31,280 bases of DNA, taken from the IMG/VR virus record IMGVR_UViG_3300045988_033906, positions 1 through 31,280 of that record. The stretch is one strand, 5' to 3'. Of this stretch, positions 1-7,663 are shown one piece after another; positions within the stretch are counted from its first letter, which is position 1; each line of letters starts with the position of its first letter. The stretch comes from a virus (Duplodnaviria; Heunggongvirae; Uroviricota; Caudoviricetes). The position numbers and the translations under genes were made by a program. Under the pieces are notes generated by a model. It saw nothing but the letters and a program-made list of their open reading frames with translations, was not told the DNA's origin and ran no database searches.

Positions 1-35
1 ACTTCAAGGAACCTTTTGTGAGTCAGGCAACCAGT

Positions 36-209
36 ATGCGAAAACGACACCGATTTAACAGTCGCATGACCCGTATCGTACTGCTCATCAGCTTTATCTT
101 CTTCTTTGGCCGTTTTATCTACTCGTCCGTCGGTGCCTGGCAGCACCATCAGAGCAAAAAAGAAGCTCAGCAATCCACACTCTCCGTCGAATCACCGGTA
201 CAACGTTAG
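36..209 (+). CDS. hypothetical small protein with one hydrophobic segment
   Basis: ORF-track frame 18-209 begins at GTG; first ATG at 36 gives MRKRHRFNSRMTRIVLLISFIFFFGRF... (basic N-terminus then hydrophobic stretch). No homolog recognised, no clear RBS. Confidence 0.25.
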   Translation: MRKRHRFNSRMTRIVLLISFIFFFGRFIYSSVGAWQHHQSKKEAQQSTLSVESPVQR

Positions 210-519
210 CGGTTACCTTCTCCACTTTCACAGAACCTAACGGCACTTCGCTGTCGGATGCTTTTGCTCTTTGGAATTATCAAAGCGGCAGATATTCTTT
301 CATCTTAAATTTTACGTCTTTGTCCTGACTGATGTTTATCCTGTTTGGCTGCGAAATAAATATAAAATTAATATATATGTTGTAATGATATATTTTTATA
401 AATTATTCCCTGCATGAATTTTAATAAATTTAATCTATCCCTTTATACGCAATACATTTACTTTCCTCTTTTGATGATCTTAAATGTCTTATTTTTCGTA
501 ATGTGTATAACAAGGAATA

Positions 520-1038
520 GTGATGAAATTTAAAAAATGTCTTCTGCCTGTGGCAATGTTAGCGTCATTCACTCTGGCAGGATGCCAGTCAAATGCTGAC
601 GATCATGCCGCCGATGTTTATCAAACCGATCAACTGAATACCAAACAAGAAACTAAAACCGTTAATATTATTTCCATTCTTCCCGCAAAAGTTGCCGTAG
701 ACAACTCCCAAAATAAACGGAACGCACAAGCCTTCGGCGCGCTTATTGGCGCAGTCGCTGGCGGTGTTATCGGCCACAACGTCGGTTCTGGCAGCAATTC
801 CGGAACGACGGCAGGGGCAGTTGGCGGCGGAGCTGTAGGCGCGGCAGCGGGTTCTATGGTGAATGATAAAACCTTAGTGGAAGGTGTTTCTTTAACATAT
901 AAGGAAGGCACCAAAGTGTATACCTCTACCCAGGTGGGTAAAGAGTGCCAGTTTACGACAGGTTTAGCCGTTGTTATTACCACAACGTATAACGAAACGC
1001 GTATTCAGCCAAATACTAAATGTCCTGAAAAGAGCTAA
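520..1038 (+). CDS. outer-membrane lipoprotein, glycine-zipper (SlyB/Pcp 17-kDa-antigen-like)
   Basis: Signal peptide with lipobox LAGC (MMKFKKCLLPVAMLASFTLAGCQ), then Gly/Ala-rich glycine-zipper segment (GALIGAVAGGVIGHNVGSGSNSGTTAGAVGGGAVGAAAGS) as in SlyB-family lipoproteins; RBS AAGGAA upstream; AT-rich promoter region 220-519. Confidence 0.7.
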   Translation: MMKFKKCLLPVAMLASFTLAGCQSNADDHAADVYQTDQLNTKQETKTVNIISILPAKVAVDNSQNKRNAQAFGALIGAVAGGVIGHNVGSGSNSGTTAGAVGGGAVGAAAGSMVNDKTLVEGVSLTYKEGTKVYTSTQVGKECQFTTGLAVVITTTYNETRIQPNTKCPEKS

Positions 1039-1053
1039 TAATCAGGAGGAGTC

Positions 1054-1593
1054 ATGAAGAAAGTTTTTCTTTGCGCCATCTTGGCCTCCTTAAGCTATCC
1101 GGCTATCGCCTCATCATTGCAGGATCAACTCTCTGCTGTAGCAGAAGCTGAACAGCAAGGTAAAAATGAAGAGCAAAGGCAGCATGACGAATGGGTCGCG
1201 GAGCGCAACAGGGAAATCCAGCAAGAGAAGCAACGTCGCGCAAATGCCCAGGCCGCCGCTAACAAAAGAGCGGCAACGGCAGCAGCAAATAAGAAAGCTC
1301 GTCAGGATAAACTGGACGCCGAAGCCTCTGCGGACAAAAAACGCGATCAAAGTTATGAAGATGAGCTACGCAGCTTAGAGATTCAGAAACAAAAACTGGC
1401 GCTGGCGAAAGAAGAAGCCCGCGTTAAGCGAGAAAACGAATTTATCGATCAGGAACTGAAGCACAAAGCTGCGCAAACCGATGTGGTGCAATCTGAAGCT
1501 GACGCCAACAGAAATATGACTGAAGGCGGTCGCGATCTGATGAAAAGCGTGGGCAAAGCAGAAGAGAACAAATCGGACAGCTGGTTTAATTAA
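1054..1593 (+). CDS. secreted/periplasmic charged coiled-coil protein (unknown function)
   Basis: Strong RBS AGGAGG 6 nt before ATG; N-terminal signal peptide (MKKVFLCAILASLSYPAIASS); remainder highly charged K/E/Q/A-rich helical repeats; 15 nt downstream of the lipoprotein gene, likely same operon. Confidence 0.6.
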   Translation: MKKVFLCAILASLSYPAIASSLQDQLSAVAEAEQQGKNEEQRQHDEWVAERNREIQQEKQRRANAQAAANKRAATAAANKKARQDKLDAEASADKKRDQSYEDELRSLEIQKQKLALAKEEARVKRENEFIDQELKHKAAQTDVVQSEADANRNMTEGGRDLMKSVGKAEENKSDSWFN

Positions 1594-1631
1594 TCGATGT
1601 TAGTAACTTCAAGCCTATGATTCTTGAAGAT

Positions 1632-1668
1632 AAAAAACCCTCTGTAGTAACAGAGGGTTTTGTTCATT
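1632..1668. terminator. bidirectional rho-independent terminator between convergent units
   Basis: Stem ACCCTCTG (1637-1644) / CAGAGGGT (1651-1658), loop TAGTAA, A-run upstream and TTTTGTT downstream, so a U-tract follows the hairpin on both strands; lies between the + strand lipoprotein operon and the minus-strand lysis cassette. Confidence 0.6.
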
Positions 1669-1812
1669 CATAGTGCAGGGATTAAAATCATTCCCACTCA
1701 ATTATTTACGGATAACATAAGCAATTGACTGGCAACAACTTTTAAAACATTTAAATTTTCCATACCGTTTTATATACCGTCACCGGAAATCAGTACCATG
1801 AAAAATGCCATG

Positions 1813-2295
1813 TCACCTGGTCAGCGAATCGTACTGCTTTTCACAGACTCGTCCGGCTTCGGATGCCCGATCAGCGTACTCTGCCAGTTGTCGGTTTCGC
1901 TCGAGAGATTTGCTGAGCACGTCGGCAAGCAAAACACCGGTGTCTGCGGCTGACGGCCCAGAGCCGACAATGGCGTTATACTGCCTGAGCTGCTCACGGA
2001 TGGCAACGAGCTGTTGCTGCAACCTGCCAGCGCGAGCGGCAGCATCAAGAGCATCATTGCGCGCCTGGTCGATCCTCTGCTGCGCTTCACGTTCATTGGT
2101 CGCTTTCTCCTGTTCGTCGTGCTTACGGGCTTTATCATCTTCTGCTTTACGATCTGCCTGCGCCTGAGCATACCCGGCGGCATACTGTCGGTCGCCGTGA
2201 ACATTCCACGCGACCACTCCACCGATAACCAGCGCAGCAAGCATCACTACGATAAGCAACTGTTTCCAGTACGCTTTGACGAATGCCAAGATCAT
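1813..2295 (-). CDS. Rz-like i-spanin (inner-membrane spanin subunit)
   Basis: Last gene of lysis cassette; N-terminal TM segment ([18 protein letters not shown]) followed by charged coiled-coil periplasmic domain; start ATG overlaps endolysin stop (ATGA); contains an embedded lipoprotein frame (Rz1). Confidence 0.7.
   Translation of the reverse strand: MILAFVKAYWKQLLIVVMLAALVIGGVVAWNVHGDRQYAAGYAQAQADRKAEDDKARKHDEQEKATNEREAQQRIDQARNDALDAAARAGRLQQQLVAIREQLRQYNAIVGSGPSAADTGVLLADVLSKSLERNRQLAEYADRASEAGRVCEKQYDSLTR
1821..2057 (-). CDS. Rz1-like o-spanin (outer-membrane lipoprotein) embedded in Rz in another frame
   Basis: Within ORF-track frame 1821-2240: internal start [17 protein letters not shown]... 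gives a 78-aa lipoprotein with lipobox LALAGC and Pro/Ser-rich mature part; alternative start at 2096 ([17 protein letters not shown]...) also possible. Fully embedded in Rz, classic Rz/Rz1 architecture. Confidence 0.55.
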   Translation of the reverse strand: MMLLMLPLALAGCSNSSLPSVSSSGSITPLSALGRQPQTPVFCLPTCSANLSSETDNWQSTLIGHPKPDESVKSSTIR

Positions 2296-2921
2296 AACGC
2301 CAGCGCCTTACGGGCAGTACCGTAACGCGCCCGCCTGTCGTCGATGCCGTTCTGGCCACCGTTAATGATCTGCGTGACGCGCACCAGGTCGCCGGTGTAC
2401 TTCATGCAACCTTTACTGGCGAAGAACCACGCCGCGCTACGGGCCGCATACTCATCCTGCGCCAGCAGTTCAGGCTGAGCAACCAAATCAACCTTCAGAC
2501 CATTGCCGCAATCCCGGTAGTTGTTCAGACCGGTGATCTGAATAAGCCCGCGCCCTCGGTAATTCCAACCGTCGCCCGGTCCGTTGTTTCCCATGCGCTT
2601 GCTGTACACTAGGTTGGCGATCGCGCGCTGGCGTTCCAAAGGCAGAGACTTCTCATATGTTTTTCGTCCCAGCGCGTTGGCCTGGTCCGGAGTGATGCGT
2701 CCGGCGCGGATAAACCCGGACAGCCCGTTTACGCTGTAGTTGAAGTTCTCCTGTAACCGGGTAAACCCTCCTGACTCATGCCCGACCTGTGCAATAAACA
2801 TCGCCTGGTCATCTGGCTTGGTAATACCAAACTCATTCATTGCTACGGTGATATGTGGATACCAGCGCGTGGCCAGTTGTTCAGTGATGCCGGCTGCGCG
2901 CCGGAACTGGTTAATGTCCAT
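2292..2921 (-). CDS. endolysin, glycoside hydrolase family 19 (chitinase-like lysozyme)
   Basis: 209 aa; motifs QVGHESGGF and [16 protein letters not shown] typical of GH19 phage endolysins; RBS GAGG upstream of ATG at 2921; sits between holin-like genes and Rz. Confidence 0.85.
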   Translation of the reverse strand: MDINQFRRAAGITEQLATRWYPHITVAMNEFGITKPDDQAMFIAQVGHESGGFTRLQENFNYSVNGLSGFIRAGRITPDQANALGRKTYEKSLPLERQRAIANLVYSKRMGNNGPGDGWNYRGRGLIQITGLNNYRDCGNGLKVDLVAQPELLAQDEYAARSAAWFFASKGCMKYTGDLVRVTQIINGGQNGIDDRRARYGTARKALAL

Positions 2922-3219
2922 GTTGAGACCTCGATATTTTGAATATCTGCACGACGTTACCGCGCGTCTTCAGGACGGCGGCAAGCATGACAGCGTTGAT
3001 GATGACCTCTGATAAATCAGCGGCCATTGGCGTGTGATACCAGATTGCGTATGCGGCGCGGACGGGGATACTGGCTGACGCCACGATAAGGAAGTAGGCT
3101 ATCCACCCACCCCACCGGCGATGTTGCGATCCATTTCGCCGGAAGGTTCCGACGCGGATTGCTATCGCAGAACAGATAACCGCATTGGCAATGAGTAAAA
3201 GCAGCTCATGAGTTGTCAT
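2911..3219 (-). CDS. holin/antiholin-like small membrane protein
   Basis: 102 aa with about three hydrophobic segments; RBS GGGGAG before ATG at 3219; overlaps endolysin start by 11 nt; position immediately upstream of endolysin. Confidence 0.5.
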   Translation of the reverse strand: MTTHELLLLIANAVICSAIAIRVGTFRRNGSQHRRWGGWIAYFLIVASASIPVRAAYAIWYHTPMAADLSEVIINAVMLAAVLKTRGNVVQIFKISRSQHGH

Positions 3220-3610
3220 CGTCTTTTCTCCCCGGGATTAAATCGCGTGGATTGTCTGAACGGTGATAGAGCCAGATACCAATACGTACTGCGACGATTG
3301 CCGACACGAACGCGCCAGCAGAGAAGACGATCCCTTTCTCGAAAGAGTCCTGCGTGATAGTTGGGATCAGGCTGGCTACGCCGATAAGGATTGATGCAGT
3401 TGGTTTGTAGAAGAGAAGCCCGCATAAAAAGCTGAGCATCGACAGGAGAACCCGGCGGCGTATTGGATACTCAACGGCTGAGGTAATAAATATTACCGCA
3501 CCAGATAAAGCACCAAGCGCCACTTCGGGAGGAACTCCGGCGACAACTGCAGCCAGTGAACCCATGCTAAGCCACTGATTTAAAGACTCACTGGTTAGCT
3601 GGGCTGACAT
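3206..3610 (-). CDS. holin-like membrane protein
   Basis: ORF-track start at 3619 is GTG; first ATG at 3610 (MSAQLTSES...) preceded by GGTGG; 134 aa with several hydrophobic segments; first gene of lysis cassette. Confidence 0.5.
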   Translation of the reverse strand: MSAQLTSESLNQWLSMGSLAAVVAGVPPEVALGALSGAVIFITSAVEYPIRRRVLLSMLSFLCGLLFYKPTASILIGVASLIPTITQDSFEKGIVFSAGAFVSAIVAVRIGIWLYHRSDNPRDLIPGRKDDDNS

Positions 3611-3781
3611 AGTGACCACCGTTTACTGTGCATAAAAACCCCCTTAGTTGGTGAGTTCATCATACACAATAAACCATATATGGAGTAAATTACCTAAGAT
3701 AACTCCTACCAAAATTACCTTTAAGGTGATATGCTCTGTACAATTATTAATATACCGATAAACAAATAGTGAAGAAATATA

Positions 3782-4873
3782 ATGTTTACACCATCAATTA
3801 TTTCTATTGCATTCTCTTTGTCTATAATTATATTTTTTATAGCTTTAACTTATCCTGTTAGGAAATTAGTATATCAAAACGAAAAATTAAACCACTCAAT
3901 TGAAGGGCTCAGGGGTATCGCATGTATACTTGTATTTGTAAATCACTCAGCATGGATGCTGACAAACAATCATGTTGAGTCTGCAAAAATTGATTATACA
4001 AACTTCAATTATTTTGGTAATTTTGGTTCATTTGGGGTTGAATTATTTTTCTGTATAACAGGGTATCTTTTTTCTTCAAAAATAAAAAGTGGTGAGTTTG
4101 ATATAGAATTCTTTGGTAAGAGGATTAAAAGACTGGCGCCAGCTTATTTATTTGTGTCATTAATAACATTTATTCTTTTTATTGTAAAATACAACAATCT
4201 AATAGTTACTTTTGATGATATATCAAGAGTTATACAGCAGATATTTGGGTTTGGTTTTTTTGGTTCTGGAATTAGAGTGCAGGGTAGCACAATAACATCT
4301 CTAAATGCTGTGGTGTGGACGTTACCTTTCGAATGGAAGTTTTACGCAGCTATACCATTTATAGCATATTGCTTTAGAAGAAGAACAATTCTAATACCAT
4401 TATTTATATTTTCATTCTTTGTTATATATTCTCAGTACGCTGAAGATAATACGCTGTGGGTGTACTTTATAACTGGGTTTATCTGTTCTTATATTAAACC
4501 ATGCAAGAATAAAATTCTTTGTTTTGCATGTTCTATATCAGCTCTAGTTCTGATTATATATATTATATTAAGTAACTATTATCAATACAGCGCAATGAGG
4601 GTTATACCTATTAGTGCATTTTTTATTCTTTGCGTTTTTTCCAATCCAAAATGGATAAAAATAAAACCATTATCAATTGCTGGAACTCTTAGTTATAGCA
4701 TATATCTAACACACCAAGCGGCAATGTTTTGCATTGTTAACATAGCAAGCATTTTATTTAATGATTTTGATTTCACAACAGTCCATTTATTAATCTTAGC
4801 AATTATTTCAGCAATTTTAACGATTATCGCATCATTGCTCTTATACTCTAAGATTGAGAGAAGGTTTATCTAA
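3782..4873 (+). CDS. acyltransferase family 3 integral membrane protein (O-antigen acetyltransferase-like, candidate seroconversion gene)
   Basis: 363 aa, about 10 hydrophobic helices; N-terminal AT3 signature with conserved Arg/His (IEGLRGIACILVFVNH); gene is strikingly AT-rich compared with flanking phage genes; opposite strand to the late operon, between tailspike and lysis genes (typical moron slot). Confidence 0.8.
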   Translation: MFTPSIISIAFSLSIIIFFIALTYPVRKLVYQNEKLNHSIEGLRGIACILVFVNHSAWMLTNNHVESAKIDYTNFNYFGNFGSFGVELFFCITGYLFSSKIKSGEFDIEFFGKRIKRLAPAYLFVSLITFILFIVKYNNLIVTFDDISRVIQQIFGFGFFGSGIRVQGSTITSLNAVVWTLPFEWKFYAAIPFIAYCFRRRTILIPLFIFSFFVIYSQYAEDNTLWVYFITGFICSYIKPCKNKILCFACSISALVLIIYIILSNYYQYSAMRVIPISAFFILCVFSNPKWIKIKPLSIAGTLSYSIYLTHQAAMFCIVNIASILFNDFDFTTVHLLILAIISAILTIIASLLLYSKIERRFI

Positions 4874-4877
4874 AAAC

Positions 4878-4908
4878 AAAGCCCCATTATAAACGGGGCT
4901 TTTATTTT
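4878..4908. terminator. bidirectional rho-independent terminator
   Basis: GCCCC (4881-4885) / GGGGC (4894-4898) stem flanked by A-run and TTTTATTTT; serves convergent acyltransferase (+) and tailspike (-) genes. Confidence 0.6.
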
Positions 4909-7018
4909 AAATGTGACAAGTAAAACTTAGTTCTATTGTTGCATTTCCTGTAATTAAATCAGATATTAAAACATCAACTGGGCTGCCAGACCTAAAAATC
5001 CTTCTAAAAAATATTTTACCCCCACTTATGTATCCTTGCACATCAAGAAGGTTTGAATCAGTTCTTATTGTATTGTTTAATATTGGTATAATAGATCCAA
5101 CACAATCACCTTTGAAAGAACTTAAATATGTAGGTAATGATATAGCAAAAGCTAAAGATCCAGTATTGCTGGTGATGTTGCATGATATTGAAAGTCTGCC
5201 AGTAACACTTCTTTGGGTAATTTCATGCCTATAAATCTGAGATGTGTATGTGCAAGGTGCGTTTATTGTTGGGTTGAACCCAGTTGACTGAGGGAAAACA
5301 TAGAAGCTTTGTAAGTTACCACCAGACACAGTGGTATTGATTGGTGTTGCTGAACCAGCAAACACATATACTCCATCATCTTCTATACCAGAAACATCAG
5401 AACTAACTGGTTCTTTAATGTTATTTTCTGTCCCGCTAATATAAAACACCTTTCCATACTTAGGACCATCATTAACATGAAAAAGAACTCTTGGACCAAT
5501 TAGGTTGTTATTGAAACCAGATATTACATACCCAATCCCACCGTTAGATATACTGGCTGGTTGCGTCTTGTCAAGTTTATGCGGGGTGTCAGAATAAAAA
5601 TTAACAACATTATTTGAGCTGCCTCCTAGTTTTAATCCTATCAACATTACGCGTGTTGTTCTTATGCCATCCAGTCCCCATACATGCGTATTAACTATAT
5701 CATTGGCCCCACCTGTTATTTCCATACCGACAGGATAACCAACCACTGTAGTATTAACATACATACTATCAGACGTACGATGCAATATCCCACTAACGCC
5801 AGATGTTCCAAGCTGGTCTTCCGGAGCTACAACTGATGTATTATTGAATTTCCACTCATAACCTTTTTCAACATTAATACCTCCATTTAGCATGTTGAAT
5901 ATTCTTGCGTTATTTATTACAGGACCAACGCCATCAGTACCATAAATACCTATCGCAGAGACAGATGAGTCAGGCTCAATATACAGATTATCAAGTAGAA
6001 CCCTGTTACCAGTCTGAATGGCTGTTATTCCATCATTGTATGGAGCCCTCCAAGCATCATCCTTTATCTCTATAACAACCGTATCAGTAAAATTTTTTGG
6101 AACAATGGAACCGATATTCTCCATTCTCGCTCCACTTTTCAGAACAAGCCGAGAAGATATACATGTTTTACCAATGAATAATACAGCTCTTTTATTATCT
6201 GAAGACCAATCAAGAGCTTGCTGATTAGGAATGGTATCATCATCAATACCATTGCACTTAGCTCCAAATGAACGGTTTGTAATACAATCGGTCAGCACAT
6301 CTTCAACAACTCTAGTTGGAAATCCAGCAGGGCCAAATCCAATCAACCCTGCACCGGTTGGTTTTGCCAGCTCAATTAACACATCGGTGGCGCTACCTGA
6401 TGGGGGTAATGTTGTAAACGGCTGGCCAGCGCTATCAAAAGCAACAATTTTGTTTGCCCTGGAAATCGCATCAGGAAGAGCTTGAATAGCTTCAGGTGTT
6501 CTTAGTGTTTTGTTGAGGTTTGTATCCGCAACGCTATCAACATAATTTTTTGTTGCCGCATCCTGCGGGCGTGAAGGATCTCGCAGGTTTCTGATGTAGT
6601 TATTAAGAGCATCATAATAGTTAGCCACGAACGAAGGCTTTCTGAGGGCCAGACTCAACAAGCTGCGTACCTGCTGTATCAGCATCGTCAGTTTATCAAA
6701 TGCGTCTTCATGCACCTCAGCGAAGAACTTACCCTGGTTGCGCAGATCGGTTTCCTGCGTAACCGGTAGCTCTCTTGATATAGAAATCTGATAACCGTTA
6801 GCCAACGCCTTCGACAGAATTACATTACCACCGTTATACCCTCCCGCCCCGGTAACTGTGTAATCAGTATCAAGAGCAAGAACAGTGATATTTTCATCAA
6901 GGTCAACCACTTGCACTACCAGATCAGATTTCTGGAAAATCCTGAAAGTATACGGAAATGATGTCGTAACGCCGTTACCGGTGTATTCGTTGTGGTCAAC
7001 TTCGGTTGAGACCGTCAT
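4907..7018 (-). CDS. tailspike protein: T7 gp17-like N-terminal particle-binding domain fused to a beta-helix (polysaccharide depolymerase-like) receptor-binding domain
   Basis: 703 aa; N-terminus (MTVSTEVDHNEYTGNGVTTSFPYTFRIFQKSDLVVQVV...DTDYTV) follows the conserved pattern of podovirus tail-fiber N-domains; remainder Gly/Asn/Ser/Thr-rich repeats typical of parallel beta-helix; RBS GGAG before ATG 7018; 3' (C-terminal) half is AT-rich like the adjacent acyltransferase. Confidence 0.85.
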   Translation of the reverse strand: MTVSTEVDHNEYTGNGVTTSFPYTFRIFQKSDLVVQVVDLDENITVLALDTDYTVTGAGGYNGGNVILSKALANGYQISISRELPVTQETDLRNQGKFFAEVHEDAFDKLTMLIQQVRSLLSLALRKPSFVANYYDALNNYIRNLRDPSRPQDAATKNYVDSVADTNLNKTLRTPEAIQALPDAISRANKIVAFDSAGQPFTTLPPSGSATDVLIELAKPTGAGLIGFGPAGFPTRVVEDVLTDCITNRSFGAKCNGIDDDTIPNQQALDWSSDNKRAVLFIGKTCISSRLVLKSGARMENIGSIVPKNFTDTVVIEIKDDAWRAPYNDGITAIQTGNRVLLDNLYIEPDSSVSAIGIYGTDGVGPVINNARIFNMLNGGINVEKGYEWKFNNTSVVAPEDQLGTSGVSGILHRTSDSMYVNTTVVGYPVGMEITGGANDIVNTHVWGLDGIRTTRVMLIGLKLGGSSNNVVNFYSDTPHKLDKTQPASISNGGIGYVISGFNNNLIGPRVLFHVNDGPKYGKVFYISGTENNIKEPVSSDVSGIEDDGVYVFAGSATPINTTVSGGNLQSFYVFPQSTGFNPTINAPCTYTSQIYRHEITQRSVTGRLSISCNITSNTGSLAFAISLPTYLSSFKGDCVGSIIPILNNTIRTDSNLLDVQGYISGGKIFFRRIFRSGSPVDVLISDLITGNATIELSFTCHI

Positions 7019-7121
7019 GTTAAATCTCCAGATAGTTGCAGCACCCGTTGCGCCGCATATCTGGTTATTCTATTACCTGAAAAACCACATATGGATAGAA
7101 AGACTGTAAATACGAATAGAT

Positions 7122-7138
7122 ATTACCTTTCTGGTAAT
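7122..7138. promoter_or_regulatory. perfect inverted repeat ATTACC-N5-GGTAAT (candidate operator), copy A
   Basis: ATTACCTTTCTGGTAAT at 7122-7138; same IR architecture recurs at 23733-23747 and 30377-30393 (and weaker at 30316-30330); about 40 bp upstream of the LexA box. Confidence 0.4.
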
Positions 7139-7176
7139 TTGCAAAACGTGCTGGATAGCAAACAAATTATTTGCTA

Positions 7177-7192
7177 CTGTATAAATATACAG
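7177..7192 (+). promoter_or_regulatory. LexA (SOS) box overlapping probable promoter of the 85-aa gene
   Basis: taCTGTATAAATATACAGtt matches the enterobacterial LexA consensus TACTGTATATATATACAGTA at 18 of 20 positions; contains TATAAAT (-10-like); RBS GGAG at 7202-7205 and ATG at 7214 follow. Confidence 0.65.
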
Positions 7193-7213
7193 TTATTGCA
7201 TGGAGAAGATAAG

Positions 7214-7471
7214 ATGCAGCAGTATCACTATCCACTGGAAGACGGATTTACCGAAAGGATTCACACGCCGGGAGGCGTCAGGTCACTGGTGGAGGGATCG
7301 CACTTGATGAAATTACTCCGGGATCTCGATAAGGATGGATTTAATGTCGATGGCCCACTTGCCGAACTGACTGCACTGATTAACTACGTCACCAGCTCAC
7401 AGATGTCTATGCAGGATCTGCAAACACATCTCGACTATTGTGCCGAACAATTACGAAAACAAACCACATAA
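7214..7471 (+). CDS. SOS-regulated small protein of unknown function (85 aa); candidate antirepressor-type moron
   Basis: ORF-track frame 7091-7471; internal ATG at 7214 has RBS GGAG 8 nt upstream and sits just downstream of the LexA box; MQQYHYPLEDGFTERIHTPGG...; no homolog recognised; opposite strand to the late operon. Confidence 0.6.
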   Translation: MQQYHYPLEDGFTERIHTPGGVRSLVEGSHLMKLLRDLDKDGFNVDGPLAELTALINYVTSSQMSMQDLQTHLDYCAEQLRKQTT

Positions 7472-7477
7472 AGAAAA

Positions 7478-7493
7478 GGCCGCGAAAGCGGCC
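7478..7493 (-). terminator. rho-independent terminator (minus strand; may also stop the + strand moron)
   Basis: GGCCGC GAAA GCGGCC hairpin; on the minus strand it is followed by TTTTCTTTAT; lies between the 46-aa minus-strand ORF and the + strand 85-aa gene stop (7471). Confidence 0.55.
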
Positions 7494-7494
7494 T

Positions 7495-7506
7495 GTGACA
7501 TGTCAC
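7495..7506. repeat. 12-bp perfect palindrome GTGACATGTCAC, copy 1 of 3
   Basis: Identical 12-mer also at 24688-24699 and 27139-27150; here it lies between a stop codon and the terminator hairpin. Confidence 0.5.
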
Positions 7507-7513
7507 GCTCACG

Positions 7514-7654
7514 TTATGACAAACCTATATACCCTGCTACACCAGATAATATCAAAACAACTGCAACAGCAAATTCACCATCACCAATGATACATTTACG
7601 GTTCATAACGCCAAGTGCAACAAGAGCGAACACAACGAGAATAAAAGCAATCAT
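7514..7654 (-). CDS. unannotated 46-aa hydrophobic micro-protein (two predicted TM segments)
   Basis: Below ORF-track size cutoff. ATG at 7654 with AAGGA about 6 nt upstream, immediately after the stop (7664-7666) of the 824-aa gene; translation MIAFILVVFALVALGVMNRKCIIGDGEFAVAVVLILSGVAGYIGLS; followed by the palindrome and terminator. Confidence 0.45.
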   Translation of the reverse strand: MIAFILVVFALVALGVMNRKCIIGDGEFAVAVVLILSGVAGYIGLS

Positions 7655-7663
7655 TTCTCATCC

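Noticed and set aside
630-983. Minus-strand 117-aa Pro/Ala-rich ORF overlapping the lipoprotein gene
   Set aside because: Antisense shadow of the Gly/Ala-rich glycine-zipper coding region (GGC/GCC repeats read as Ala/Pro on the other strand); no start context.
7091-7213. Upstream ATG at 7091 as start of the SOS-regulated gene (126-aa version)
   Set aside because: That start lies upstream of the LexA box and promoter-like elements and has no RBS; the ATG at 7214 has GGAG at correct spacing.
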